DNA of 63,983 bases, filler included, from Diploschistes diacapsis (Eukaryota): the NCBI GenBank assembly GCA_023645945.1. It is 12 parts of 12 records of this genome, joined end to end, with 100 filler letters (N's around TTAATTAATTAA, not from the genome) between each part and the next. Parts side by side here need not be neighbours in the genome. Positions count along the whole stretch, not along the records: positions 10,792 to 16,086 come from JALAIB010001575.1; positions 16,187 to 21,467 come from JALAIB010001576.1; positions 21,568 to 26,843 come from JALAIB010001577.1; 9 more parts are not named here. One strand, 5' to 3'. Below the pieces are notes generated by a model. It did not search any database and was not told the DNA's origin. It saw only the letters and a program-made list of their open reading frames with translations. Below are positions 11,094-23,698 of the stretch, piece after piece. The position numbers and the translations under genes were made by a program. Numbering within the stretch: position 1 is the first letter of the stretch; each line of letters starts with the position of its first letter.

Positions 11094-13078
11094 ATGTCCA
11101 AGACTTGCATCGTTTGCCTCGACGATCTCGGCGAAAGCGCCGCGGATCCACCCCCTCTATTTCCTGAAGACGACGATGTCCAGCCACCGGACGACGTCCG
11201 CAATGCAGCAATCATCACAAGAAAAGCAGCCAAGACACTCGAGATTACTCAGGATATATTGATTGCACACCTACTACCGTGTGGCCACAACTTGCACAAC
11301 GAATGCCTCAAGCCATGGGTAGAACGGGCCAACAGCTGCCCAATCTGTAGGCAGAGCTTCCACATGGTCGAACTTTGCAAGTATCTAGATGGTAAGTTGG
11401 CTGTGACCCCAAGTCCTCATGGGTTGCTCACGAAGTACCCCCAGGTCCCGTGGTTAATTCCTATGGTGTCAGCGACAAAAAGCAGGAGGCGGAGATCGAT
11501 GCCGCAATGTACATTGATGATCTCGACGAGATTGACTCCCGCCCATGTCCAATATGCAACTTGAACGATGATGAAGACGTCATGCTTCTTTGCGACCGCT
11601 GCGACGTCGGATACCACACCTATTGCGTTGATTTGGACGCCGTGCCGGACAACGCTTGGTATTGCGGCGAATGTATCGTTAATGGGGCCGTCGAACCCAG
11701 GGCCAATCACATCCCCACTCCACGGGCTCGTGCGACCGGACCGCTTACACGAAGTCAGCAACGCATCTTAAGGCTAAGCAACCAAGTCTCGTCCGCTTCT
11801 GATTGGGCTCAGGTGTGGCGGTCAGTTTGGGATCGTCTGGATATCGATCTAGACTTTCCCTTTGAGGACGACGCATCTGCTGCACGATACAGACGCAGCC
11901 AACAGTCCGCTGGCTCCGGTGGAAGGAGGTTTAGAGCTTGGGAAAGACGTCTCCACGTCGCTCAGCAGCAGGGGGCTGGGGAGAGGTTCGAGAATGTTGC
12001 TGACGTCGTGTTTGACCGGGCAGTGGTGTCGAGACCTCGGCCAGAGCCTCCCGAACCAGAGTCCGTCGAGGAAATACTTGCTTGGAACGCCCTGGAGAAG
12101 GCGCGAGATATCGACGCGGACCCATCTCCCAAGTCAAGAAAACGAAAGTCGGCAACAAGCTCGCCGGCCGAGACAACTTCTGCTCGGAAGAGGACGAAAC
12201 GAAAACGGTCGGCCAGTCCTTCGCCTACGGAAACCTTGCCAGCTCCAGTACCAGAACGCAAATTCAAGCGGCCTCAGACGCGAAGGGCACTGAATGTGGT
12301 CACTTCACACGCACCAGAGCCATTGTTGTCGCATACCAATGGTACTGGATCAATAGCGAACGGAAACGTACCGGCGGCAACGAATGGCGAAGGACCCAGC
12401 TTTTTACAGTCTTTGCTGCACGAGGTCGAGGTGTCTGCCAACCTGGAGGAATCTCGCACCAACGGCCTGCCTAACCAGATGATCTCGAATTCTGTCTCTC
12501 ATGCACCCTCCGACCACCCTTCACCACAATACTCTTCGCCCGCTGCGTCTCCAACGGTCTCTCACCACCCCAGCCCTCGGGCTCTGTCTGCGTCGCCTCC
12601 ACCAATGAGTAATAATAGGCCGGGATCTCCTGCTCCTCTGACCTCCAAGATCGAGCCGCTCTATCCTCCAGCACCTGATCTCTCGAACGAAGTAACCTCT
12701 CCCACCGCTACAGTGCCCAAGCATCGACACAGGACCTCCAACTCGCAGACCCGGGTAAGCCGCTGGGCAATGGAGACGGCCAGTTCGTCGAGTCCACCGA
12801 GGCCTCGCTCCGAAGATAATTCTCCCACAAGAGGAATGACGCTAGCGGCCAAGGAGAAGCTCCAGAAACTCGTCAAGGATGCACTCAGAGAACCATACAA
12901 AGCCGGGCAGGTCAGCAAAGCTCAGTATGCGGATATCAATCGGGGCGTATCGCATCTACTATACGATAGAGTCGGGGAAGGGGGGGATCTCAACAACCAC
13001 AACGAAGAGGTGTTGCGAAAGATGGCGAGCGATGAAGTCACAAAAGCCTTGGAAGCGTTGCAGGAACCGTCCGACTGA
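11094..13078 (+). CDS. RING and PHD finger protein (PHRF1/Asr1-like) with a C-terminal SRI-like domain
   Basis: RING CIVC...CGHNLHNECLKPW...CPICR; PHD CPIC...LLCDRCDVGYHTYC...WYCGEC; C-terminal LVKDALREPYKAGQVSK. GT-AG intron at 11392-11444. Confidence 0.9.
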
Positions 13079-14140
13079 TCGTGGCCTGGATACACTTCCA
13101 GGGTATGGCGCCTTTGGCTTTTAATGATGTGGTTAGGCATTTTGATAGACGGACTTGTATAAACGGTTTTTAGCGCTCTGATACCCCATAGCGAGTTAGC
13201 TGATGAATGATCTCAAGGCTAATAATTGGGAGATGAGCGAAGGGAAGAATTGATATGGTATAGTTGGACACCCCCAGGAGATGAGCTTCATTGCATTTGT
13301 ACATAGCTCGTGCCTTATACTCCTGACAATATTGAAGGTGGAACAGTAACTGCACTATGCTGTCCGTGTTTGGTTCTTCTTAGTGCGCTTGTAAAGTCTT
13401 TATCCCCTCCTGACGAAATTCCACACAGCTTCTCTTGATAATATTCACAAGAACCACAAAGACCGTCCACGCCATTGCTCCCATCACTCCCCACTCCCCA
13501 CTTCCCCTTGAAAGCCCATCTCGTATCCATGCTGTATCTCCTCATATGCCTACCCAACACAATACTTCTACTTCTACCAGTGGATGGGATGTGCGCAGCA
13601 TCTATCTAACCGTACACCTCTTTTCTAGTTTGACGATTTCAAAACAAAACCATCGAAGGTACCGCTAGCGAAAAAAGGCTGCCCGGAAACCAAGAAAGAA
13701 ACTTGGAGTCCGTTGATCTCGACACCGAGATTAATGATCAATCGCCTATTGGGGGTTGCTGCAAGCATCGTGGGCGATGGCTTGAGGCATTGATGGTAAG
13801 GATGCGGTGTCTGATGATGGGAGGAGAGAGGAGAGAGGAATTGTGCGGTGGCTAAATATGGGGGATGGGGGATTTCTCGGAGGAAGGCGGAGTTAATAAG
13901 CTTGTTCTACGCTAGGTTGGTAATGGTTAGCGCGGCTGCCTAGTCTGTCGCGTCACTTCTTCTAGGGCAACGCGTTCTTCGAAATCAAACAATCTTGTTA
14001 TCGATATTCGGGGTCTTGGGATCACCACTTTCTCTTTTCCTTGCCGTTCGCTGGCACGAATATTATCGTGTTTGGATCTACATACTTGTAAATTTACTTT
14101 GCGGGAACCGCAATCCACGACTCGGAAAACCCAGCCTACT

Positions 14141-16066
14141 ATGCCCCGTCCACAGCGCAGTAAAATCGCCCCCTCTGCACCCGCCGCCCTTCCCGCAAAA
14201 CTCCTCGCCGCGCTCGCAGCAGACCGCGCAGATCCGACATCATCCAGCAGCGATGATAGCCAAGGCCTCGTCAAGCGCAACGCCACCGGCAAGAATCGCA
14301 GGGGCGCTGCAAAGAAAGAGGTGTTCATGACAGGCGCGTTGCCTGGGAGAGAACAGAACGAAGCAGGGAGGAATAAACCACCAAGCCGGACGAGTAGGGC
14401 CGCGTTGGTGGAGATTACGCGCAATGCTGACTTTGCGCGAAAGAGGGAGAGGGAGATGCGGGCAGCCAAAGTCAAGGAAGGATTGGAAGTGGATGAGAGT
14501 CGGGAAGAAGACGTGGACGTGATTGTGCCTTCGTCTTTGCCTGGCGCAGATGGAACAGCATCAGAGCCGGTCCAAACTATCGAATTCGACGCGCCAACAA
14601 CCGCACAAAAGCCAGTTGCCCCGAGATCTGCGATGCCGAGCGCGAACTGGAGGGCTCAGGCCACGCCTCGCATGGGCATGGACTCCTCCGTACTGGCGCT
14701 GGGCAACTTCAAGCGCAGATCGAGGCAGCCGAGTCTGCTTGGGATTGGCAGGCCGGACGAGTCGGTTTCTATGAGTAGCTTTGACCTGGGAAGGGACATC
14801 TCGTTTGGTGAGCTCGAGGCTGAAAAGTCGAGCCTTGTGACGCCTGTGCAGCGGACGGGGAAGCAGCTCAGCGATGCCGTCGGACCAGAGGATATGTTGG
14901 GTTCTGCTTCACGAAAAGAGGCTGCGCTGTCGTCGAGTTCACGTAAGCGTAAGCGTTCAAAGCCGGAGATCTTGGTTCGGCGCTCGCAGTCACCTACGAC
15001 TTCGGAAGCGGATCGCATATTTGGCTCAGAGGGAGGTAGTCCGCCCTCTACTGCAGAAGTCGAACATGAGGGCGAGGGTGAGGGCGAGGACAAAGACCAA
15101 GATGAGCCCGAACTCCCAGCGCTGCCAAAGCCCACAGCTGCCACGCCTCCAGAAGTTTGGAGCGACACCATGGCCCCGCCCCAGAGCAGCAGTCCCTCGC
15201 GCTCCATCCGTACGCAATCTCAACCAGAAGCCAACGACAAAGCCAACTCAACAAAAAAAATCCACCAGTCGAGGCGCGCTGACCTCAAGTCTCCATCTAT
15301 GGACCGCAAGCCCACCAAGCCCCCCAAAACGCGCGACCAATCCTCCAAGCCCAAGCCTCTACAGCCCCTGTCCACTGCCACGCTTCAAGCCCTCTTGCCC
15401 CGCCGCCCAAACAAGAAGCGCCACGGCAAGCAAGACGAATTTGACGTACCGAGCAACAGCGATCACGAGCTAGAGATGACGGCTCCACAGGACGATGAGG
15501 ACGAGCTGAGTTTCATGCCGGTTGCCAAGAGGAAGAAGAGGGACAAGGGAACGGGCAAGGGCAGCGGCAGCGGAAAAGAAAAGGGCAAGGGGAAACGCAG
15601 CACCGTGATAACAAGCGCCAAAAGCGCAGGGAAAACCCCAAAGTCCAACGCGAAGAGAGGCAGCAACATCAAAGCGAAAGCCAAAGCGGCGTCAAAAGCG
15701 TCCGCCGCAAAGACGCCCCTGTCGAAGAAGACCCAGCCCGGGACCGGAACAGCGATAACGCCTTCCGCTTCTTCCGAAACACGGCGGACGTACTCCCGCC
15801 GCCAGCATCCGCCTGCTCTCGGAACCGGAGACGCTTCTTCCTCCGCGCTCTCGCCGCCTCCTTCCTCCCCCTCCCTCTCGCATGATCACAATTCCGAAGT
15901 AGAAACGAGTGCGAGTTCCTCTTCCACGCCACGCGCAAACGGCTTGAGCAAGGAGGGCAAGGAGGAGATGAAGGCTCTAGCGAGGAAGTTTGCGGAGGTG
16001 GATGAGTGGGAGATGGAGTTCGAGAGCGTGGAGGGGAGCGGGAGCAGTTTTGCGGGTGCGAGGTAG
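14141..16066 (+). CDS. Disordered basic protein with a Sororin-like C-terminal motif
   Basis: Long intronless ORF rich in S/K/P, with LSTATLQALLPRR and terminal LARKFAEVDEWEMEFESV. Confidence 0.75.
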   Translation: MPRPQRSKIAPSAPAALPAKLLAALAADRADPTSSSSDDSQGLVKRNATGKNRRGAAKKEVFMTGALPGREQNEAGRNKPPSRTSRAALVEITRNADFARKREREMRAAKVKEGLEVDESREEDVDVIVPSSLPGADGTASEPVQTIEFDAPTTAQKPVAPRSAMPSANWRAQATPRMGMDSSVLALGNFKRRSRQPSLLGIGRPDESVSMSSFDLGRDISFGELEAEKSSLVTPVQRTGKQLSDAVGPEDMLGSASRKEAALSSSSRKRKRSKPEILVRRSQSPTTSEADRIFGSEGGSPPSTAEVEHEGEGEGEDKDQDEPELPALPKPTAATPPEVWSDTMAPPQSSSPSRSIRTQSQPEANDKANSTKKIHQSRRADLKSPSMDRKPTKPPKTRDQSSKPKPLQPLSTATLQALLPRRPNKKRHGKQDEFDVPSNSDHELEMTAPQDDEDELSFMPVAKRKKRDKGTGKGSGSGKEKGKGKRSTVITSAKSAGKTPKSNAKRGSNIKAKAKAASKASAAKTPLSKKTQPGTGTAITPSASSETRRTYSRRQHPPALGTGDASSSALSPPPSSPSLSHDHNSEVETSASSSSTPRANGLSKEGKEEMKALARKFAEVDEWEMEFESVEGSGSSFAGAR

Positions 16067-16886
16067 GCTGGGAGAAGGGGGGGCAGNNNNNNNNNNNNNN
16101 NNNNNNNNNNNNNNNNNNNNNNNNNNNNNNTTAATTAATTAANNNNNNNNNNNNNNNNNNNNNNNNNNNNNNNNNNNNNNNNNNNNGGGAGAAGGTGCTG
16201 GCTGTGGTGGTGGGGATGGTGGCTGTGATGGTGGCCGTTGGGGGTGCAGAGGGTTCTTGGAAATGGGGTGCTGGGACGGGTGTCTCGACGTGATGTTGGG
16301 GACGGGGCCCCGTAGTGTGCGATTTGGCGCGTTGGGTTGAGGATGGGGGCTTTGGGGACGGTGAGTGCGATGGCTGTTTCTGATTTGTTCTGGAAGTTGC
16401 TGTTCGGCGCCAACGTGGTCTGGGAAGTAGACACGGCGGGCTAGGGGAAGCGGCGATTGTGGTGATGGTGAAGGTCGCAGGTGCGAGGTATTGCAGGAGA
16501 ACGAAGGGCAAGGAGATATGGGAGGCTGGTGGATGAAGGTTGTTGTTTGGCATTTTGAACAGACGAAAATGTTTGGAGAACTTTGGACGACGGGTCATGT
16601 TTGCTTCAGCGATTGGCAATCGCGATGGCGATGGCGAGTGGCAGCATGCATGTGACTTCAACCCCATTCGCCTGCAGTGTGAAACTTGAGATATCGCAGA
16701 ACACGCTTGGATGAGAGCTAGAGATTAAGAGACTATGTCCTGCCTGGGTGATACATTAGATACATAAAGAAGCCTGACCTCAACTACCTGAAGCATCTGC
16801 GCTCTATCGGCGTTGATATCAAAGGCCTTGGGCAAATCCGTTAGATAGCCGCTGGTAGGTCACTTAGCTTTCGTGATTTGGTCGTT

Positions 16887-17794
16887 CTAATAACTAGGTC
16901 GTCCGTAGTCGTCTCTTCGGCCTTCGCTATACTGTAGAAATGTTAGCGACTCAAGCTTCCAACGTGTCCTGATATGCTTGCCTTCTTCCTCAAAACTGCC
17001 AATCGCCTCTTCTTGATGTGCGCATTGATATACGTGCCAATCACAAAGGCCACAACATTGAAGAAAGGCACCCAGGTCTGCTCCGGCAGGAACTTTTGGG
17101 CAAACGCCAGCGCCAGAGGCGAGGTGATCCAGGTCACCTTCATGACGGGCATGAACCCCGCACGCACAGTGGCATTGACCTGGTGCAGGGTTCTCGCGCC
17201 AGCGATGATGGCCATTGATGTTAGGTAGACCACGTTTTGGATGGGTGCAACCTTGGGCCACAATGTCAGTAACCGATGGGGCGGCAAAGAGGGAAGACAT
17301 GGCAAAAAATAAATGGAAGATGGCAATGGGTTCGGACGTACAAACAAGTTGCTAACGAGGATCTGGGCAATCTTCGACTTGAGACTGGTCTTCCCAGAGA
17401 AAAGCCACTGCAAGATCTTGATCAAAAAGTGACCCATTGGTGCGCTAACGAAGGCACCGTAGACGGCCATTTTCGGGACCCGGGAGCTGAAGTAGTGACC
17501 ATGTTTGCTCATGTCCTTTGCGATCCACGAGGCTAAGAATTCTTGCAGGCCGGCCAGTGAGCCGGACGTAAGCATTTTTGTGCGCAGCGGGTTCTTTTCT
17601 AGCTGTTGAAGATATGCCTGTCGCGCTTGTTCAGTTCCCTATCTTGTGCTCGCCCAGTTGTCGCTTACTTGAAGGTATCCCGTCATGCTCTCGCCGCCGG
17701 TCAACCTCTCGCCGAGCTCGTGCACGAGCTCATGACGCCTGCCGCCTGGGACTGGGGCCTCACGGATCGTCTCTTTCTCGAATTTGACAGACAT
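16887..17794 (-). CDS. Mpv17/PMP22 (PXMP2) family peroxisomal membrane protein, multi-exon
   Basis: PLRTKMLTSG, RVPKMAVYGAFVSAPMGH, and FAQKFLPEQTWVPFFNVVAFVIGTYIN. Three GT-AG introns are apparent. Confidence 0.9.
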
Positions 17795-19263
17795 GTTGGT
17801 GGTCTGAACTGGATCGTCGGGGCTTGCAGGTCAAACTAGTCTGGAGGTTATTCGAGATCAGGTTCAGGTGTTCCAGTAGCTATAGAATGGTAAAGCAACG
17901 GGAGGGTTCGGTCTACTGAGCTTGGCTCTGTATAGACACCGTTCGAGGTTGCCTGCAGTTGCTGAGGCTCCTTCGTGGACCTATCGCGCGAACCTTGGCG
18001 GTAAACGGATACGGAAGGTCTCAAGTCATTCAGGTCGCAATCTCAGTATTCCGCGCCGTTGAAGTATGGCCAGTTCAAAGATGCCTATTGTCTCGAGTTA
18101 TGAATGAAGGTGGGAATGCAATCGCAAGGGTTGGCAAGCAATAGCTAGAAAATGAAGCGCGACGGGGGCAATCCACACGACCTTGTACACATCACACGGC
18201 ACAACGTTGTTCCGACACTGCCATTGCCAGCCGAGGCTAAAAGATTTCAGCCCTACAGACGGGCGGCTCAAGAAAACTTCAGTAAGTTGATACTGTATAC
18301 ATACCACTTACATCTTCATCAATCAATCCAATCGGTGCAATGTCTATAGGACACAGGATTCCCAGATCATCACAGAAAACAGAAAAGCTTTCGGAACAAC
18401 AACAAGCATCTCTTGAACTCTGCTTGGGCTCATGATGCTGCATAGTAACCATCTGACTCCGGTACCGTGATGAACAAGCCTTGTACTGATTGTGGCTCTA
18501 TGTGCTGTACCCCAGCAATTGCTTTTCCACACCAGCTCAACCATATCCATGACTGCTATGGGCAGCACACCCAGTCTGGCATACTTTGACTACAAGCAGC
18601 CCACGACCATCCTCTCCTGATCCTCACTTGCACCTCTATCGCGGGTAGACCCATCCCTTTGAAGCAACCGTTTGTCCCTTGTTGAATTTCCACTTCCTTG
18701 ACATGAGAGCATATTCGATATTTCTGGAGGGGACTGCGAGGGGAAGCTGGCCCCTATAAGTAGCTTCCCCAACCATTGTCGCCTCCTATATGCATCTATG
18801 GAGGCGTTACAGGATACTCAGTATGCATTCGATCCCAGTGTTATGAGGTAGTGTTCAGCACGAACTCACAAAGGGTACATAGCAAGAGGGATGGAAACTT
18901 AAATCGGCTTGTCCGTGAACTCAATCCGCAGTATTGGGTTAAGGTTCAATTCTTATTTACCCTAGGAATACAGTCATACAGAAGAAAGCATCTAATTTGT
19001 TTAGTTCTTAATGCTATTAGGAGTACTCTGGTTCTCTATAGTCGCTCAAGAGTTTGCACTTGAAAATAGCATGGGATGATATTTCATAACCTCTCTCTCT
19101 ATCCTCTATTCTACACTCACATTAACATGTAGTGAACAAACTGAAATAAAAGCCCAACTATTTAACGATGTTGATATCCTTGCTTCATATTCTTTCCTCT
19201 GTCGGAGCGAATGCGTGTTGTGTCCGTCTAGTCGTGCTCCGCTTCGTTTCCTGCACTTCATAA

Positions 19264-20644
19264 ATGGCCCTCAATTTCAAGAAAATGGCTTCTGCTCTAA
19301 AAGACTTCGCAGCTCAGAGCATAACTGCTCTCAAGAATTTCACAATGTCCGACAACAAAGACTCAAAGGACGGTATTCCTTCCTCTCCTTCGAAGCTTCC
19401 TCCTTTGCAAGCCCGGAAAGCTGCTTGCACTCACACTAGCGTGACCCGGCTCTATGGACTTTACCCATGCTCTCACTGTGGCAAGACGTCGGAATTTGGC
19501 TGGGTGTACCGCTGCACACAGGACTACGATGGCCAGCTTCCTCCTTGGGAGGGTGGTCCTATACCCAGCTTCGAAGAGTCCCCTCCTGAAAATCATGCTG
19601 GAGATAGTGCCATGGCAAGGACAGATGCCATAGCTTCACCAAGTCATATCGAAGACGGTGGAGAAAAAGTACCTGAGAAGCCTAATGAAGGGTTGAAAGA
19701 AGAGCCCGAGGAGCCCACTCTCAAGTTGAAACCATGGATGGAAAAGGCCATCGCCGAAGGGCACTACACTGAGGAGCAAGCTGTGACGCTAAGACGTCAG
19801 AGACAGGAGGTTTTGGAAAGGATCAAAGAGTCGGAAGCGTCGTTCCACTACCATCGTACCACCAACAAGCGTTTATCCGGGCAAGCTGCTCGTAGAATGT
19901 CTCACAGAAACACATCCATTAATGGATTTGGCATCACGGTTCCAGTCGTTCAGCAGGAGTCTGAAGTAGATCCTGCTCCAGGTTCGGCTATCGCGCTGAA
20001 GATGTTCCCAGACTGTGCTTACAAGTCTTGCCAGAGCTGCAGGTACGTTCACATCCTATTGTGTCGAGATTCCGTCTGACCTTTTTCATAGACCAATTCT
20101 TCGTGATAGATCTTGGCAGTGTATCGACCATGCTTACGAGTCTACGAAAGATCCAATACCTAACTTCGAGCTTGACAATCGTCCAGTCACCAACGCTGCA
20201 CTTGTCTGTGAGGTGGGGCTTTGGGAGCCGGTTGAAGATGATTACTCAAGTTCCTTCGAAAGCATGGACTACGACCGTCTCGAAGCCGAGGAGTTGTTCC
20301 AGCCAGAACCCGAAAGCAAGCCCCTCCGTCGCATTTCCACAAGCATTCAGAGAAGGCTCAAGAAGGGGTATCGTACCATGGCCATGACCACCGAAAAGCG
20401 TTCGCAGAGTGCCAGTGGCAGATTATCCAGTGAAGTTAAGAAGGGCGCAGACAGAAGTCGTGAGACGCAGACCAGGTCCGACAGTGACACATGCTACATG
20501 CGGCCTTTTGACGCTCCACGCATTGACCCTGTGGGCTGGAGGATGACTCACCCTGACGCTAACGAGGTCCATACTCCAGATGGAGTGGCTGTTACTGAGG
20601 AGGCTGTTGATCTTGGCACTGCCGATGTGATCACGCAAGTCTAG
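19264..20644 (+). CDS. Hypothetical fungal protein with Cys/His motifs, 2 exons
   Basis: CTH...CSHCGKTSEFGWVYRCTQD and CAYKSCQSCR|PILRDRSW. An intron at ~20043-20091 joins the two ORFs. The start codon is uncertain. Confidence 0.75.
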
Positions 20645-21271
20645 CTTGCTTGGTCTGATCGAATCCAATGCTTATGTCGACAGCTGCTGTAATTAGTTCA
20701 ACAGCCGTTTCTACCTGGATCGTCGCTTAAGTCCCCGACCTTTGGGCAAGCTGGAATGTCTCGCAGACTTTAGCTGCCGGCCCAGAACGCTGAGAGGAAA
20801 GACGTCGCGTGGATATTTGTACGATGGTCTCTGGACCTCGGAAGACATAAAAGAATGAAAACAACAGTGGCTCGGGCGGTATTACTTGCAAGTTTAGTGT
20901 CTCTGTGGGCACTTAAGAATAGACAGTATGAACACCACTGCAATCTTGTGGCACAATCCTGGCATGTATGGGAGACCGACTAGCTATCGTGGCTGAAACC
21001 TGTAGTGCTTTAATCCATCCCCAGTCATGTCCAAACGCAGAGAAAAGCTCAATGTGATAGATTTTGAAGCAACAGTGGCCACATGGGCTTTGGTACTTAG
21101 CACAAGCTTAATAAATAAAACAAATGACAGCTTCACAGGCCTTCTATAATACTATATCATGTACAGCCGTAATCATTATACAAAAGAAGCCCAAACAAAT
21201 AAAAGAAGTATCCACGCATAAAGCCCCCTCAATCCTACACAGCTAGAGCCAGCGGGTGATGCATTCCAGAA

Positions 21272-21467
21272 TCAAGCACTCGCCCTCCACGCCGCCCTCA
21301 GCGCCATCAAAGCCGGCACCAAGCCCAGCGCCGCGACAGTCCCCTGCCCCAAAACCCCCTCCTCCAAACTGTAATGCACCGTGATCGGCATCCACGCCGC
21401 ATTAGCACAGACATCCCTCCACCACCTGTCCTCCTCCCAACCGCCTTGTCCTTCTCCTTTTCCTTCT
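21272..21467 (-). CDS. PEX11-family protein, C-terminal fragment (5' truncated by contig end)
   Basis: WWRDVCANAAWMPITVHYSLEEGVLGQGTVAALGLVPALMALRAAW resembles the C-terminus of fungal Pex11C-like proteins. Confidence 0.6.
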
Positions 21468-21567
21468 NNNNNNNNNNNNNNNNNNNNNNNNNNNNNNNNN
21501 NNNNNNNNNNNTTAATTAATTAANNNNNNNNNNNNNNNNNNNNNNNNNNNNNNNNNNNNNNNNNNNN

Positions 21568-23415
21568 CCTCCCAGCTCACCCCATTCACCCCCTCCTTAT
21601 GCGCATTTGCAGCGCTAACCCTCCTCCCCGGCTTCTCCACGCTCCACACGAACACGCTCGTATCCAGCGCCCCGCTCGCCGCGAACTTGCCGTCTCCCCG
21701 CCATGCGATTCCCATCACTTTTCCCGTGTGCGACGACCACCGGCTGATCGCCACGCTCCAGTCGCTCATACTATACACGGTAATCTTGCCGTTCGCATGG
21801 CCGACAGCCAGCATGGAGCCGTCGGGGGAAAAGGAGAGGGTGCTGGGCTGCGAGCCTTGGGTGGAGAGGGAGATGGAGTGGTTCAGGCTCGATGAGGAGA
21901 GGGTGTAGATGTGTACGGCGCCATCATCGCCGCCCGCGGCGATGGTGGAGTTGGATGCTGCTAGGCAGAGAGTGGAGAATTTGGTGGGGAAGGAGGAGGT
22001 GCGGGAGCCGGTGCTGGTGCTGAAGACTTCTAGGGCTTTGTGCGTGCTGACGATTGTATGGGGGCCGGAGTGCGCGATGGCCCGGGGCTGGCCGTCTGTG
22101 GGGGACTTGGAGCCTGTGAAGGTGGAGGCGGAGACGTCGATGGTACGGAGGGTGTCGTCCCAGCCGATAGAGGAGACGGTGGAGGAGGTGCAGGTTAGGC
22201 CGGAGACGTAGTTTGCGTGGGATTCGCCGTTGATAGAGGAGGCGAGGCCTGTTGAGGTGTCGAAGAAACAGATGCGGCCATCGGAACTGCCGGTCCAGAG
22301 AGTTCTGGAGGAGGGGGTAGAGGCGAGGGAGGTGATGTTCTTCTGTTGGCCGTGGATGATGCGGCGGGGCTTGGAGGAGTCTTCGCTAAGGTAGGTGAGG
22401 GCGCCGGAAAGCGAGAGGGAGATAATGAGGTTGTCGGCACGGGGGACCCAAACGACGCCGACCTGGTGGTCTGGTATGCTGACGACGCTTTCTTCGCCAA
22501 TGCGCCACGATTGGGCACACTTGCTGGTTTCGGTGTCCCAGACTTTGACAGTTTGATCTGTTGAAGATAAGCTGCATGGTAGATATTCTTAATTGATTCT
22601 TCTTACCCGCGCTTGAAGTCACAAATCGTTTGGAGTCCTTTGCCCAGGAGACACTGAAGATGCTTCCCTTGTGCTCACCATCGCCAATCTGACTTTTGAC
22701 CTCTCCTGTTTTTCCATCGAATAACCATATCTTCTTATCAGCCCCTACGCTCGCTAATAGTGATCCGTCTGGACTGAATGCAACTCCATACACGTATCGG
22801 TTGTGCTGTCCTCGAAGACTGGTATTGAACTTGAAAGGCGCTCCGTGAAAGAATCCCAAGCTCATATCATCGCTGCCGGTAGCGGCCCTCACAGGTCTCT
22901 GCTGCCGTATCGAGACGCTATTGATCTGCGATGTGTGCCCTGAGATCTCGCCAACACTGTTGCCACTGTCCGCTGTTATGCAGTGACCGAAGCGCTCCTT
23001 CCCATCTCCAACAGCGATGATCCTTTGCGAATCGCCATCCCAAGCCAAGTCATTGATGCTCCTTGTGATCTGATATACACCCCTTGTTCCCCCCTCGCCC
23101 ACGCAGTCCCATACCCTTACGCTTCCCGCCACGTCGCCGCTGGCGACATAATAGCCGGACGGCGCAAACCGTGCAACGGTTGCGGTAGCGGTGTGTTCCG
23201 TGTACTGCGTACTAATCGCCGGGTCGTCAATAGATCTTAGGAAGACCGATTTGTTATTGGTATAGGCGAGGCGCTGCCCCTTGCTATCGACGGAGAGCTG
23301 TGTGCTTTTGCCCCGCTCTGTACTCGGCGACGGAGCCCATATGGCCGCTGCAGTCTGTTAGACGCGGTATGACGGATTCACCTAAATGGCCCTACGTACT
23401 TGACTTGATAGACAT
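21568..23415 (-). CDS. AIP1: Actin-interacting protein 1 (WD40), 3' truncated
   Basis: IWAPSPSTERGKSTQLS, ARFAPSGYYVASGD, GDGKERFGHCITADSGNSVGEISGH, FHGAPFKF and multiple WD repeats. Confidence 0.93.
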
Positions 23416-23698
23416 TCTCGATGGTGAGCTGATGCCATCAAACAAAGACTGGTTAGTACATGGGCCCCACCTTGTTGTTAACCGCTCAGAATAAGCGAGA
23501 ATGCTTGACCAATAGGGCAAGACCCTTTACTCGGCTCAGGGGCGCTTCTTGGATTTCACCGAAAGGAAATCCCGAATACTCTCGGTTCTCCTCCCTTAGG
23601 CACTCCAGTTGATTCTGGTTCCACTCTCTCTTTCTCGATTCATATTTCCTGCGTTACCCTTTCCTTCCTATTTCTTCATCTTCTTCCTTTGTCTCATA

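Noticed and set aside
16187..16667. Pro/Thr-rich ORF at the start of contig 4
   Set aside because: Low complexity and truncated; the frame and product cannot be established.
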